Shown here one piece after another: positions 15,440 through 27,988 of a stretch of 64,000 nucleotides of DNA. Positions within the stretch are counted from its first letter, which is position 1, and every line of letters starts with the position of its first letter. The position numbers were made by a program, and so were the translations under genes. The stretch is from Lama glama. Taxonomy: Eukaryota. The notes below the pieces were generated by a model that was not told the origin of the DNA, searched no databases, and saw only the letters and a program-made list of their open reading frames with translations. The DNA is taken from the NCBI GenBank assembly GCA_028534125.1, contig CM052817.1:77316001-77380000 (forward strand), read 5' to 3'.

Positions 15440-15610
15440 TCAATCACTTATTCAGCATATGTTTGCAGAGCATGATTATTGCCAAATATTGTACCAGATG
15501 CTAGGGACACAATGGAGAACAAAACAGACGTGATCCTGGACCTCCTAAAGTTTATCTGCCAGAGGGAGAGACAGGTCAACACCAGACAAATGGACACACT
15601 AAATATGAGC
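15440..15610. mobile_element. L2 3' end fragment
   Basis: ttattcagcatatgtttgcagagc...tgtaccagatgctagggacacaatggagaacaaaacagac. Confidence 0.65.
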
Positions 15611-17591
15611 AGGCGGCTGAGGTGGGGAATTGTGTATTTGGAGTCTTCTGGCAAGAGCACCAGGCTAACACAGCCGGGGGCTCAGCCAGGACCAGGCCAA
15701 GATGCCTTTCCAAATCAGCTACCTTGTATGTAAACATAAATTTGTGCAGGTAAGATCACTGGTTCCAGGGCCTCAAATTCCATTTCCAGAGCCTGGTTAT
15801 GGTCTAATTCATTGACTCTTTTTTGTGTGACCACCTTATTCATTTTTTTTTAATCAAGGAAGGGAACCACAAGACCTGCTGCTCATCATCCATACCGGTT
15901 GAATGATTTTTTGGGGGTGGTTTTAATCAAAGTTGAGCCTTCTGCTAAGGTTTAGAGACACTTAAGGCTAAACTGATTAGACTTTGGGAGAGAGAATGAA
16001 AAAGAGAAGAGAGAGGAGCAAGAATGGAGAGAAAGAGAGATACACATTGCCCTATTGACGCTCCTCTGCCACTGACCTTTGCAGAGAAGTGTGCAGGGTG
16101 CTTGGGCAGAGCCACGTGGGAGGCTCCTGTAGCTCTAACGTCTGTGCTATGTACAGGGAAATGGGCTGGCCAGATATGGTCCTTATATCAGCCAACAACC
16201 AAAGGATGAGAAGGACAAACCATACAAAGAGTGAAGGGAAGAACATTCTAGGTGGAAACAGCATGTACGATTGTCCTGAAGCAGGGAAGGGCTTGGCTGA
16301 GAAAGGAAAAAATTGAATAAAAAAGGGAGAAGATGGCATTTAATGAAGTTCAATAAAGAATTTAGGGGAGTTCATTCCAGAATGAACAGCATATGCAAAG
16401 GCGTAGAGTCATGCAAGAGTCTGGCAGGTTCTAAGAATTGGGAGAACTTCATAGTGACCACACTCCAGCTAGGCTGGAGGAGGGAGTGGGGTGAGGGAGA
16501 AGGGTGGCAGGAGATGGTGCCAGGGGCTGGGGGTCAGACTGTGGTGGTTGTGGAGGGTCTTGCTTGTGTGATAAGTGAAGACGTTTAGATTGGACTTGCG
16601 ATTAGCAATTAGGTTTGGAACTCCTGGCCTGGCTCAGCAGCCCCAGCCCAACTTTCCAAGCCTGTCTCTACACCCGCCCACTTACAGACCTTTCTTAACT
16701 GCCCTTCAGTTCTTGGATGCTGACTCCTCTGCATGGTTTCAGCTTCTCTCCACTCAGATGCAAGGCATCTTCTGTTATCTAGAGGCTCTACTCTGGCTCT
16801 GACCATAGAGAAAACATCCTTCACTCTGGACCCCAGGAAGGTGGTCAGGAAAAGCTAGGCTCATCTTCTAAAGAAAACTACTAAAACCAAGCAGAATAGA
16901 TCTGAGAATTAATGAGAAGCCAATGTCAGTCCTTGAATAGTAAAGCAACATGAGAAAAATATTTATTAATCCATTTGACCCTGATTTGCAGAATCAATTA
17001 AAGAAAGAAGAGATGAAGGGCAGGAAGTCAAATGTGTGGTGGAGGGATTCAGGGGGCGGGGGAGGGTGTAGGTGTGGGTGTATGTGTTCTTTTTAAAAGG
17101 AAAAAGTCCTTTTACAAGGTGGAAATGAAACAGTACACACAAAAGAGTGTGTAGGGTTGGCCATTGTAGAGAAACATAATTTTAGTGAATTGAAATTTAT
17201 TTGGAAAGCTTTTACTTTTGACAAATTTACCTCATATTATGAGGCCGCCTTGATTTAGCCTGGTTTAAAATTCAGAGGAAAAACATAGTCCAGTGGATCA
17301 AATCATCAAATACAGCTTGTTAACATGTCTGCATGAATTTCTGACATCTTCAAACAACTCACCACTAAACTCTTGGATCTTTCCACTTGCTGCATACTTG
17401 TGTGTAAGCTAGCAACTTCCCTCCCTCCTCCACTTACTCTACAAGAACAATTCTTTTAACATACAAATCTCTTGGCCTGCTGACTCCCATGACATAGGTT
17501 TTCTCCTACACAATCCACATCTTCACAGGATGTCTGTTGAGAACCTACTTAACTGCTTCTAGGGTCTTTTTCTCCCTACATTTCTTCTTCC

Positions 17592-17690
17592 ATATATATA
17601 TATATATAAATATTTTATATATAATATATTAATATATATAATATTTCATATATATATTATATTTTATATATGTAATATATAAAATATGTT
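17592..17690. repeat. (TA)n / AT-rich low-complexity tract
   Basis: Direct reading. Confidence 0.9.
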
Positions 17691-19269
17691 TTTTGCATTT
17701 GAAATACTATTCTGAATTTTCTAAATTATAAAGGATTCTCAAATGAATGTTTGCTTGTATTCAATGGGCGGAAAATGTATTCTAATTAGCAAGTTTAATC
17801 CCTGAACTAACAGTGATGGAAGCATGGAGTGATTTCATGCTTCACCTAGTCTTACCCAGCAAGTTGAGAGAGACATGTGCTAAAGCCTGACTGGCTGATC
17901 TCCAGTCCCATGCACTGTCCCTGAGCTAATTAATGTTCACTTTTATTCCTGCTGAACATTTAGTTCTTCTAGGAGGCCTCTGAGTCAGTCACTGCCACCA
18001 TATTAGGCAACCTTCTGACAAATTGTTTCATACCTATGAAGAAACTAAGTGTGGCCTCCTCAGACCATTGGGCCCTGCTGGTGATGTTTGAACTGCTCAG
18101 GGGATGAAGCAGTTAGCCAAAAATATACCAATTTTAGCAGAAAACACTTACATCAGTGACAGCTGGAGCACCACAAATTCTATAAACGCACTTGTTACTC
18201 ATCTGCTGTGCCCTTTGGGCAAGCCAGGTATGTGGCCCACTTGAATGTCTTGTGGAGGAGAGGTTTCCTAGGCGGGCCTCTGGATGGAACCTGAGATGAG
18301 AAGAATCACATGAGCTTGGCATTCAGAGCATTAAATTGTGTTATTGGATTAGCCCTAATTTGGAAGAGGAGGTCTATCACCTAAATGGAATTTAGAGTGT
18401 TGAGAAGTGGAATGGCAACTGGATTGGGTGGACCGGTATAAGCACTTGTTGATTCAACACATGAACTGGGGGGACCATGAGATTTTGAGTGTTAACTGGT
18501 TGCTAAAGTTTTCTTTAAAACTCTTCAAGAGGTTCTGCACCCAAAAGCTTATCAGCCAGAAAAAAAGCAGAATTTTGTAAAAGGCAAAGCTAACAGTGCT
18601 AACTTAGATCACATGACTATAAGCTTAGCAGGAACTGGTGTGTAATTAACATGAACGTGTTGGAAATCTAAAGTCAAAAATGCCAAGGACTGTAGAACAA
18701 GATGTCCTTTGTTTACGGTTTTTGGTTATTTATTTAATTTTGTCTTTTGTTTTCTTATCCAAATGCCTGCCCATACAAGAGTGAGATTATCCAGATGAGA
18801 GATGTGATAAACCTAGACACTATGATTAAATTGTCTCAGATTTTAACCAAATAACCGTAGATCCCTGTCAGATAAATAATTTTTATTGATTAGTTTCTAT
18901 CACTAACTAATGAAAGTACACACAAATAAATGTGTTCTCATGATGTATTCAGTCTGTTCTTTTAGATACCTTGTGGGTAAGAGCAAGGTTTTTACTTCCA
19001 ATGCAATTCTCCATAGGGTCTAATTGCTATGAACACTCAGCAGTGCTGTCTCATGACCTAAATGCCCATAACTGTTTTACCTATTGATGCAGGATGATCC
19101 CAGCCTATAGCTCTCATCTGTGATGCTCTTTAAATTTATGCCTTTCTAATGAATCAAAGTCACTTCCTCAAAAGACAGAACTCAGTCAGGTCAGATGTTA
19201 GGTATTTGAAGGGAAATATATATCCCAACTTGGAGCTCTAATATTGAGCTCCAAGCACAATGTATGCAA

Positions 19270-19755
19270 TAATAACAGCAGCTACTACTTACTATTTGTT
19301 GTGTAACCATTGCTGTGATGAACATTTTTTATATATTATGCCAGTCATGCCTCTCAACAACCCATTTTACAGAAGAGAAAACCAATGATTAATACGTTTG
19401 CTCAAAGTCACACAATTAGTGAAGGAGGATTTATTTGAATCCAGACTTGTCTGATTCCATAGGCCCTGCTTTTAGAGTGGCTGTACAATGTGTTATTGTA
19501 AACTTTGACCCTGGAGCCAAACTGCCTGGGTTTAAATCTTTGCTCTGTCTCCTGATAAGCGGTAAAATGAGGCCTGTGCTAAGTGACTTATTCTCTCTGT
19601 ACCTCAGTTTTCTCATTTGTAATGTGGGTGATAGTGGCAGTAGCTATTTTGTAGTGTTGTTTTGAGGATTAAATGTGTTTGTATATGAAAAGCTCTTGGA
19701 AGAGTGTTTGAAACGCGGAAGCATTATGTGGTAAAGGCTTGTTGGCATTATTATA
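19270..19755. mobile_element. Two adjacent MIR SINEs in opposite orientation
   Basis: cccattttacagaagagaaaac (minus) followed by ctctgtacctcagttttctcatttgtaatgtggg (plus). Confidence 0.75.
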
Positions 19756-20029
19756 CCCACTAGGCACGATGTGCCACACATGCCTCAGATTTGGAAGTCC
19801 CAGACAAATTCATCACCTCATTTTCCCTAAACTTCCTTCCCTGGCTTGGCTGATGGAACTGTCATCCAGCAAGATTCTCCAAACTAGAAAAGTTTATATT
19901 CAGTGAGTGTTTCATTTGACATAAATCAGTCCTGAATTTCTGTCAAATTCATGTTATAAATATACTATAAATGTATCCCGTCCTTCCCATTCCCACATGA
20001 GTCACCGCCTCGTCATGCACTGTCTGAAC

Positions 20030-20340
20030 CATTGCTGTTCAATATGTTAAACACGTGAACTGTGGCTAGTTTGAATTGAGAGGCACTGTAAATATAAAAT
20101 ACACACCAGGTTGCAAAGATTTAGTATGAAAAGAGAATGTAAATGATCTCATTAATGACTTTTTATATTGATTACATGTTGAAAAGGTATTTGGGAAATA
20201 TTGGAATAAATACACTATCGAAATTTGTTTCCCCGTTTCTTTTTATGTTTTTAATGTGGCTACTGGAAAATTTAAAGTTACTCATGTGGCATGTGGTCTG
20301 CATTTGTGGTTCATCTTCTATTTCTGTTTGCTAGTGCTGG
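20030..20340. mobile_element. Non-autonomous hAT-Charlie element, MER33-like
   Basis: Recognised motifs tgtggctagtttgaattgaga, taaaatacacacc, tatattgattacatgttgaa, aatgtggctactggaaaatttaaa. Confidence 0.7.
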
Positions 20341-20396
20341 TCTGGACTTTTCCATATGCCTTCTTTCCCTATCTAGCAATTAATCTCCCTACCTAT

Positions 20397-20734
20397 TGTT
20401 AAAAGGTAAACTGAGGCATATTGAAACTTTTACGAGTTTACTTGAATATGTATAGATTCCAGTTGGGCAGTGCCAAACCAGAAGTGGCTAGGAGCATACC
20501 CTCCAACAGGAGCCAGGGGAAGGACAAACAGAGAAGGTGCAGAAGCAAAGACAGGAAATTACTGATTGGCTATAACTTAAAAGCCTGGTTGGCTGTTTGT
20601 GATTGCTTGTCCTTAGTGTTTTGATGTTGTAAATTTGAGGCATTACAGGCTTAGGTTTTGGTTTGATTATGTAGGTGGCCACAGCATCAGAGCCACCTCA
20701 GTTTTAATGGCCTCCTTGTGTAATTAATTTAACA
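20397..20734 (-). mobile_element. Solo LTR, ERV1 class
   Basis: Inverted termini TGTTAAA...TTTAACA with a 4-bp TSD ctat at 20393-20396 and 20735-20738; 338 bp. Orientation inferred from a poly(A)-like signal on the minus strand near the left end. Confidence 0.8.
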
Positions 20735-21714
20735 CTATCTATCTGTTCCTCTGTTTATCTATCTAATGTTGCTATTTTCTGTCTCACCTCTTTCCATCTA
20801 AAGACATCTTTACAAATCTGATTCAGTCTTTTTTGCTAGCTTCAGTCATCTGCAGTGGAAAGTCCAAACTCTATCTGGGGCATGCACGAATCTTTCCTCT
20901 CTCCCTGCCCACCCAGTCTCAGATCTCGGTCTCGTGTGACCCTCTCCCTTTCACATCATACTCCTGCGATACTGAGCTGTGTTTTGGTTCCCAGGTCATT
21001 TCACACTTTTCTGCCTTTGCACATGTTTTCCCTTTTGTTTTGAATACTCTTTCCCTTTCTAGTCTTCTAGGTGAAGTTTTATTTCTTCTCCACAATCCAA
21101 TTCAGACATCACCTCCTCCAGGAGCCTTCCCAGCATGGCTCATCTCTCCCTCTTTTGCAATACTTCAGTACTTTATACACACTTTTATTATTGCTTTTTA
21201 CACATATAACTTGTTTTTCTGTCTGTCATCCCTACTAGCGAGCATATAGATGATATATGATTGTATCTTATTCATTTCTATATTGACACTAAAAAACAAT
21301 TGAATAAACAAAATAAAACAATACCTGCCCTCAAGGAGATACACTTTCTTACAGTAAAAGTAAACATAATACCAGGCATAACATATGCTCAGAGAGAGAG
21401 AGAGAGAGCAAGATCTATGAATGTCTATCTGTGGTCAGAGAAGTCAATCAATTCTGGTTGAAATCTGAAAGAAGATATAATGAGGGAGGGGAAGATTGAC
21501 TGACTGGCTGACAAAAGGTCTCTTGAAGGTGGCCTGATCTTTGTAAATTTCACATAGTTCAGGGCCTGACTCTCAATTATCCAGATTCTGAAACAATCTT
21601 GTCATTGTTCAAGCAGCAACCCGATCTGGGGATACTAACTCATGCTCCTAAAGACCAAGACTAAGGGTAAGCTGGAATTCTGATGTCTTCCTTTAGAGAG
21701 AGGTCAGAAACACA

Positions 21715-21840
21715 GGGTATAGCTTAGTGGTAGAGTGCATGCATGAGGTCCTGGGTTCAATCCCCAGTACCTTCATTTCAATAAATAAATAAGTAAACCT
21801 AATTACCTACCCCTCTCCCCCCCAAAAAACTAACAAACAA
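21715..21840 (+). mobile_element. tRNA-derived SINE, camelid Vic-1 type
   Basis: A box tagcttagtgg, B box ggttcaatccc, (TAAA)n, then cctaattacc, C-run and A-rich tail. Candidate TSD aaacaca at 21708-21714 and 21841-21847. Confidence 0.85.
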
Positions 21841-22999
21841 AAACACATTGACAAGAAAACTAAGTATTTTCATCTTCTGGCCAGTGCTGTATCTTCCCTT
21901 AAAAACCACATTGTTATGAAAAGCTGGCTTTGTGTGTGGAATCAGAACAAAGAGGGTGAATTCAAAGATTCAACTGTGGGCGCCTGCAGCACTCACCTCC
22001 ACAGTTGGATGCACCTGTTACTGTGCGATCAAGCCCTTCATCTGGATACCTTCTCCCCTGGGCAGTGCTTTTATGGGCACTGTCTGCCTCCTACCCTTTT
22101 CTAATTTCTATTTCCGGACAACTGCTTCAGAAAGACACATTCTTTCCTTAGATATTAATACCTTCCATTAGACTGCTCTGGTCTGTTTTTAGCCCATTTA
22201 TCTAAAGTAACTTTGAAAATTCCTGTTTTTATCTGCTGCTGTCGATCTTAGAATTCACTTTCAGAGGCAGCCCCCTTTCCCTTATTCCCAAGATCTTAGA
22301 TGTCCAGATTCCTGCTACAATGCATTTCGCCTCAGAGGAAGGGGGAAGGAATTTAGAAAGAAGAGGAATGCTTCTTGGAGGAGACAGTATCAGGATTCTG
22401 AGGAGGATGGGGGTAGGGGTACTGGCATGGAGTTATAAAAGCACACAGTTCTGCCTTTTAGATTTGGGAGTCATCTAGCACTTGGTCAACTGCCCATGCT
22501 TGCTGAACACATTTTTCTGAAAGTATATATCAGCTAATTGGGGGAAATTACAAGGCCCTGAACATGGCCCTAAATATATATGGATTTTTAATACCAACAC
22601 CTCTCTGGCTGGGTCATAGTCTAAACTTTGCTGCCTTTGTGCTGTTCAAAAGTATGCATTTAGCAGGGTGCTCACAGATGAAGCATTCACTATTTGTATT
22701 GTTATGACTGGTAAGTAGTGAAGGATATTTTAAAGGCATATTTTCTTTTTGGTGAACCAACAGAAAAGAATTATTTGATCTTGTATATTTATTTATTATC
22801 CTTTCTGGTTGGAGATGAGAAAATTTTTCAAGAAAACTTATAGAAATTCAAATTTTTGCTTCTTAGCAGCTGGAGGACTTAAACAAAAGTTTAAACAAAC
22901 AAGCTTATATGTCTGTGAATTGCTATCTTGTTTTAAATGTCTTAATGTTTTAGTGCCTGCTTAAAAGTTACCTCTTATAAAGGATATAAAGGAACTTGG

Positions 23000-23495
23000 G
23001 AATTGGAGATAAGATCCTGAAGGTCTGCATTAGTCCCAGCTTTGTCACTGGCTGTGCAACCTTGACCAGGGATCTTAACCTCTCTGATCTCAGTTATTCT
23101 CTGCGTAAAAAATAGAGGATGGGCTGTGTTAAATTCCTTCAATCTCTCACAACTCAGGAAGTCTGTTAAGTATTATTTCAGTAAATGGGTAAAAATTTTA
23201 ACTTTTTCTTCTCTCCTTTTCTCCCTCCCTCTTTATTTCCTTCTTTTTTTTTTCCCCCTTCTAATTTGTAACATAGTGTGAAGAGGACAGATTCTGGTTG
23301 AAATGTAGGTTCAGTGAAATAAATGCAGGCCAGTTTCTGACAGTGTGATCCTGGGCAAGCCACTTATTATCTCAGAGACTTACTTTCTTCTTCTGCAAAA
23401 TGGACTTAATAGTCCTTGACTCTTGTGGTTGTTGTGAGGGTTAGGCATAATGTATATATGGCAAATGGTCTAACTGTGGTTATTGTTATTACTAA
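23000..23495 (+). mobile_element. Two MIR SINE fragments
   Basis: cttaacctctctgatctcagtt and tgtgatcctgggcaagccactta...tctgcaaaatgg cores. Confidence 0.7.
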
Positions 23496-24356
23496 TTTAC
23501 CACATCAGATAGTAAGGAAATTAAACAAGGTTCCTGTTTTCATGAAGATACAACTTAGGAGTGGAGATCATGTGTTTTCTAATAATTAAAATAAAAGTTA
23601 TAAATGCCAGAAGAGAATTCAAAGTCATTTTTCATGAGTTCATAGTCTGCAGACACTCCTGCCTGGAAGGAAAAGTGGAATAATCAGGCAAAGGGCTTCA
23701 TGAAGGAGGAGCAGCCATTTTGTCTGGGTTCTGAAGGGAAAATCAGATTTGAAGACAGGATGGATGTTCTGGGAAACCCAGGGTAGAGTCTAAACACAGA
23801 GAAGAATTTTCTTCTAATCTACTACTATCTTCAAGCTTCTGCACTGCCTGGTATTTTAAGAGGTTTTGAAGGAGAGATGTTAAATGCCACTGTGTTCTGG
23901 CCCAAGAAGTTATATTTCCTCTGAAAGATCTGGTAAGGGAAAAGTTAAAGAGGTTTGGAACATGGCCCGTTAACAGAAAGGAGTGTCAGAATCTGGGTCC
24001 ACCTGCAGGAAAAGCCAGGCTCCTTTAATAAGCAAATGGAAGAGCACTGGCTGCAGTGTGGCGAAAGCCACCCCATTATCACTCCATCAATCTTTCCTTC
24101 CAGGTAGCAAGGTTTGGTGACTTAATGAGGTGATAAGAAGCAAGAAACTGACACATACAGAGGCCAGTCTGGAAGTAGGGGATGTCAGAGGTCATCCTCA
24201 TTTCAATCTTTCTTTGCTTTTAATGTCAGAGACCTTGCTCATAGGTGAGAGCCCTAGAGTTCGGGTTAATACGGGTTATCTCTACTCTCCTTTTGGCATA
24301 CCTAAGAAATGGAAGACTTCTTGATGACTGCCATATAAAATAGGAGACTGCAGAAG

Positions 24357-24385
<29 letters not shown>
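24357..24385. repeat. (CA)n microsatellite
   Basis: Direct reading. Confidence 0.95.
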
Positions 24386-24388
<3 letters not shown>

Positions 24389-25529
24389 AATGCAACCCCC
24401 AGGGATCGCCACCCTGGATTAATAAAATAGCACAAGCTCATAGTTGCTCACATTACACAAGGTTCCCTTCTAGGCTGTGCAGCGTGGTGCTGAAATGCTG
24501 CTTAAAAATTTGTGCTGCTGCCTTCATACCATGGCCATATTTTGGAGCCTATGACTTCATCACTGTCTGAGTTGCCAGGGCTGGATTCCAGGAGAAAGGG
24601 GAGGGGAGAAAGGAGGAGGACTGGAGGGAGAGGAAGCAAAGATCAGCAAATTGAACTGATTAAAACATTTCATTCCACCTTTAGAATTCAATTATATCAT
24701 TTGCATGGAAGGTCTTTGTCTTCTTGTTCTTTCTCCCTTTTCCCCTCCCTCCCTCCCTCCCTTCTCTCTCAACTGCTGTGGAGACATAAATCTAGAAAAT
24801 CTCTAAACAACAAAAGTCTGAAGTCATTTGCTGGGGCACAAGTCTGTTAGGCCTAGGGTTTGAAATGAGTGGAGTGAAGTGAATTTTATGTGAGCTCCCC
24901 ATTGTAGAATTTTTATTCCACAGTGGTTTTCTTTGTACCCTTACACTTTACTCTCAGTAGGTCAAAAGGCACTCCCATTTCATACCCACCATTTGTTTGT
25001 CCTTGACTTTGTGCCCCATAGGGGGTGTCATTAACATGTATCTAATGTGATGTGTGCCCCTTGAAATTGTGCACCCTCCTGGCCCTTCCATGTACAGTTA
25101 AAGGAAGAATGGATCAATTGGCCAGGAATGAAAAAAAAAAAAACGGAAAAGAGAAAGATAAATTGCTTCTTCATCTCAAAATCTTAGATGGAATACAGTC
25201 TTTTATATATAAAGCACAAGCACATGTTTATATTCATAAATACTCATGTTTTGATACTGGTTGGTAGATTAGGGACAGATACTGAAATAAAAACAGCTCT
25301 TAAATATTTTCCTTAACTAGAAACTCATTGTTCACTGAAGAATTAGTCAAATGGTTAATCTTACATGGCCATAAATCCCATAGATTATTTAATAGTCTAC
25401 AGTAGAATGCTGAGTAAATCAAGACAACCTTTATTTACACAAAGTTTAGAGTCACAAGTTACTTGAATCCAGTATACCTGGGAACCAGAGTATTAAAAAT
25501 ACAGAAATGTGGGGGGGAAAGCCATAAAG

Positions 25530-27720
25530 CTTTTTTAAATTTAATTTTTAATCTTTATCAAAATTACATGTATCTAGTTTAAAGAGTCAAATGTTACTAA
25601 AAGGCTTGTGATGAAAACCATCAAATCTGGATTTCCCAAAGGGAACATTTTAACCTTTGGCTGTTTTCCTTCTTATTTCTAAGATACACTTACTGTGCTA
25701 TTTCTTTCTTTAATTGTTGAATTGTAAACATCCTTTTGCTTACCACTATGGAAAATGAAGATCATAGCTTCGTCACCCCTCCCTACTCCTTGCTCACATG
25801 TTTCCCGTTTGTCCCTCCTCCATCCGCCCAATAGAATTGTGTCATATTTTGATTGAATCAATAGTCAGTGCTTAAATTATGAACCTAAGCATATAGTATG
25901 CTATGAGTACTTTTTCATTTCTTTTACCATTTTTTTCACCTTAGAATTAACAGTCATCTTTTCTTTTTAGTTTTCTAAGTATTTGTCATTAACTTAACCC
26001 CAAACTCTCTCCATCTGTATAAATAATCCTCCTGATATTTTAAAACATATTAGGAACTCTACGAGTATCGTCTGTTTTGAAGACATCTTTCCTAGAGTCT
26101 TCTGACCTGTTCTAATTTGGACTGGTAGCTGTCTTTGCCAGGGACACACCTAGTTCCTGGAATCTTCCTTCTTAATCATCCTAGAGATTACCTTTCCTCT
26201 CTCTTGAGTTGATCCCCTGTTTCCTAGATCCCATGTCTCCCTTTTTCTTGTATTTCTTCCTCATTTTCATAGCACTCATCCTCTAGTTGCTTCCTAAGAA
26301 AGGATGATGAAAGCTAAGTTTCTTGAGATCTGGTATTTGACAGTATATTTATTCTAGCCTCAAACTTCATTGATAATTTATCTAGGTAGAACATTCTAGG
26401 CTGGAAATATTTTCTCAGAATTGTAAAGGTATTAGTTTGTATTTTAGTTTCCAGTATTGTTGTGAAGTCCAAAGCCATTCTGATTTCTTGATCCCTTGTA
26501 TGTAACTTTTTCTCTTGAAAACTTACAAGATCTTTTTATGAAATTTCATGATGATGTGTCTCGGTTTGGGTGTATTTTCTACCTGTTGTATGGATCTTTT
26601 TAGTTTAGAAAAGTTGTCCTTCAATTATGGAAAACTTCTTGAATTACTTATTTGATGAATTGAGATAAAACTTATCTCATTCTCTTGTTTTCTCATTCTG
26701 AAATTTCTATTATTTATACATTGGACCATCAGTATACATTGCCTAACTTTCTTAGCTTTTCCCCTCTGTTTTCATCTCTTTGTCTTGCTATTTATTTATT
26801 TATTTATTCATTTATTTATTTATTGTGGTACTGGGAATTGAACCCAGGACCCCAGGCGTACTAAGCATGTGCTCTACTACTGAGCTGTTTCCCTCCCGCT
26901 GTCTTGCTATTTATACCTGGTAGGTTCTAAGACACTCTAGACAACTTCTTCAACATTATTTTACAAATTCTCTACTGAGCTATTTGTTTCTGCTGAGTTA
27001 TTTTTAATTGCCAAGAGTCTACCATTGTTTTCTATATCATCCCATTCTGTTTCATGAATTTCATATCACTCTGGAGATATTAGTGATAGATTATTTGATT
27101 TTGTCCTCTCCTGGCATAGTTTACATGTTTGCTTTTTGCTTGTTTTGTCTTTATTATAATATATACATATAATACATAATAGAGGCTTTCCTTTAGAAGA
27201 CCAATTTCTGGCTATTGGCTTATTGTAGGTGAGTAGGCGGGGCCATTTTTTGGTAAAACCCTAATACCTAATTAACTATCTAATCAGAATCGCCTAATCT
27301 CCTTCCAGAAGGGTATAAAGTCCAGCTGCCAGAGTTCTGGGAGCCCAGGCAGGAGCGTGGCTGGGGGTGGGGTCTGTCTTAAGATCTAGTAGTTAATCTC
27401 TCACTTAAGTAAAAGTGAATGGTAAACCCTATGGTACACCCACCCTCAAATGTGCTGGTGCCCTACAGGGTGACTAAAGGACATTTGCTTGGCTGTGGGG
27501 AATAGGAAAGGGTATTGGGAGGTTCTCATGTCTTTTTTTCCCCCCTCTAATGTCTTCTTAAATAGCTTTCAATGAGTCTTCCTGTTTTCTTCCCTACCCT
27601 CATCCTTGGTTCAAGAAGGAACTGTTCCCACAAATTCCTGAGTCATTAGGGAATTCTACAGAACAAATTATGTTGCTTCTTGGCTTTCTCAATTCCTGAC
27701 TTTTAGTGTTCTCAGTCACT
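25530..27720 (-). mobile_element. Old L1M (L1MC/L1ME-like) fragment, antisense
   Basis: Long T-rich degenerate tract with L1M-like motifs (gtccaaagccattctgatttcttgatcc; gaaatttcatgatgatgtgtc). Boundaries approximate. Confidence 0.65.
26796..26899 (-). mobile_element. tRNA-derived SINE, camelid Vic-1 type, nested in an old L1
   Basis: Reverse complement carries A and B boxes and a (TAAA)n tail. Perfect 15-bp TSD tgtcttgctatttat at 26781-26795 and 26900-26914. Confidence 0.9.
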
Positions 27721-27955
27721 AAGTCTAAGTCTGCCTGTTTGTAGAACTATTAAAAATCACTTTTCTTCAGAACAAAGCAAGTTTTAAAATAGAAAATAGC
27801 TACCTTTGGAAAACAATATGTGCAAATAGCATTGCTGAGAACAACCAAATAATTGTTTGAAATAACACTAACATCAAGTTAGTCTAAGAACACATATCCA
27901 GTTGGAACATCTAGCAACCATAGTATATTCCACAAAGATAATAAATTGTTTGATA

Positions 27956-27988
27956 GCAAACAAACAAACAAACAAACAAACAAACAAA
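27956..27988. repeat. (CAAA)n microsatellite
   Basis: Direct reading. Confidence 0.95.

Noticed and set aside
21715..21775. Possible tRNA gene
   Set aside because: A and B boxes are present, but it has a SINE tail, a TSD and a deleted anticodon-arm region; it is a SINE.
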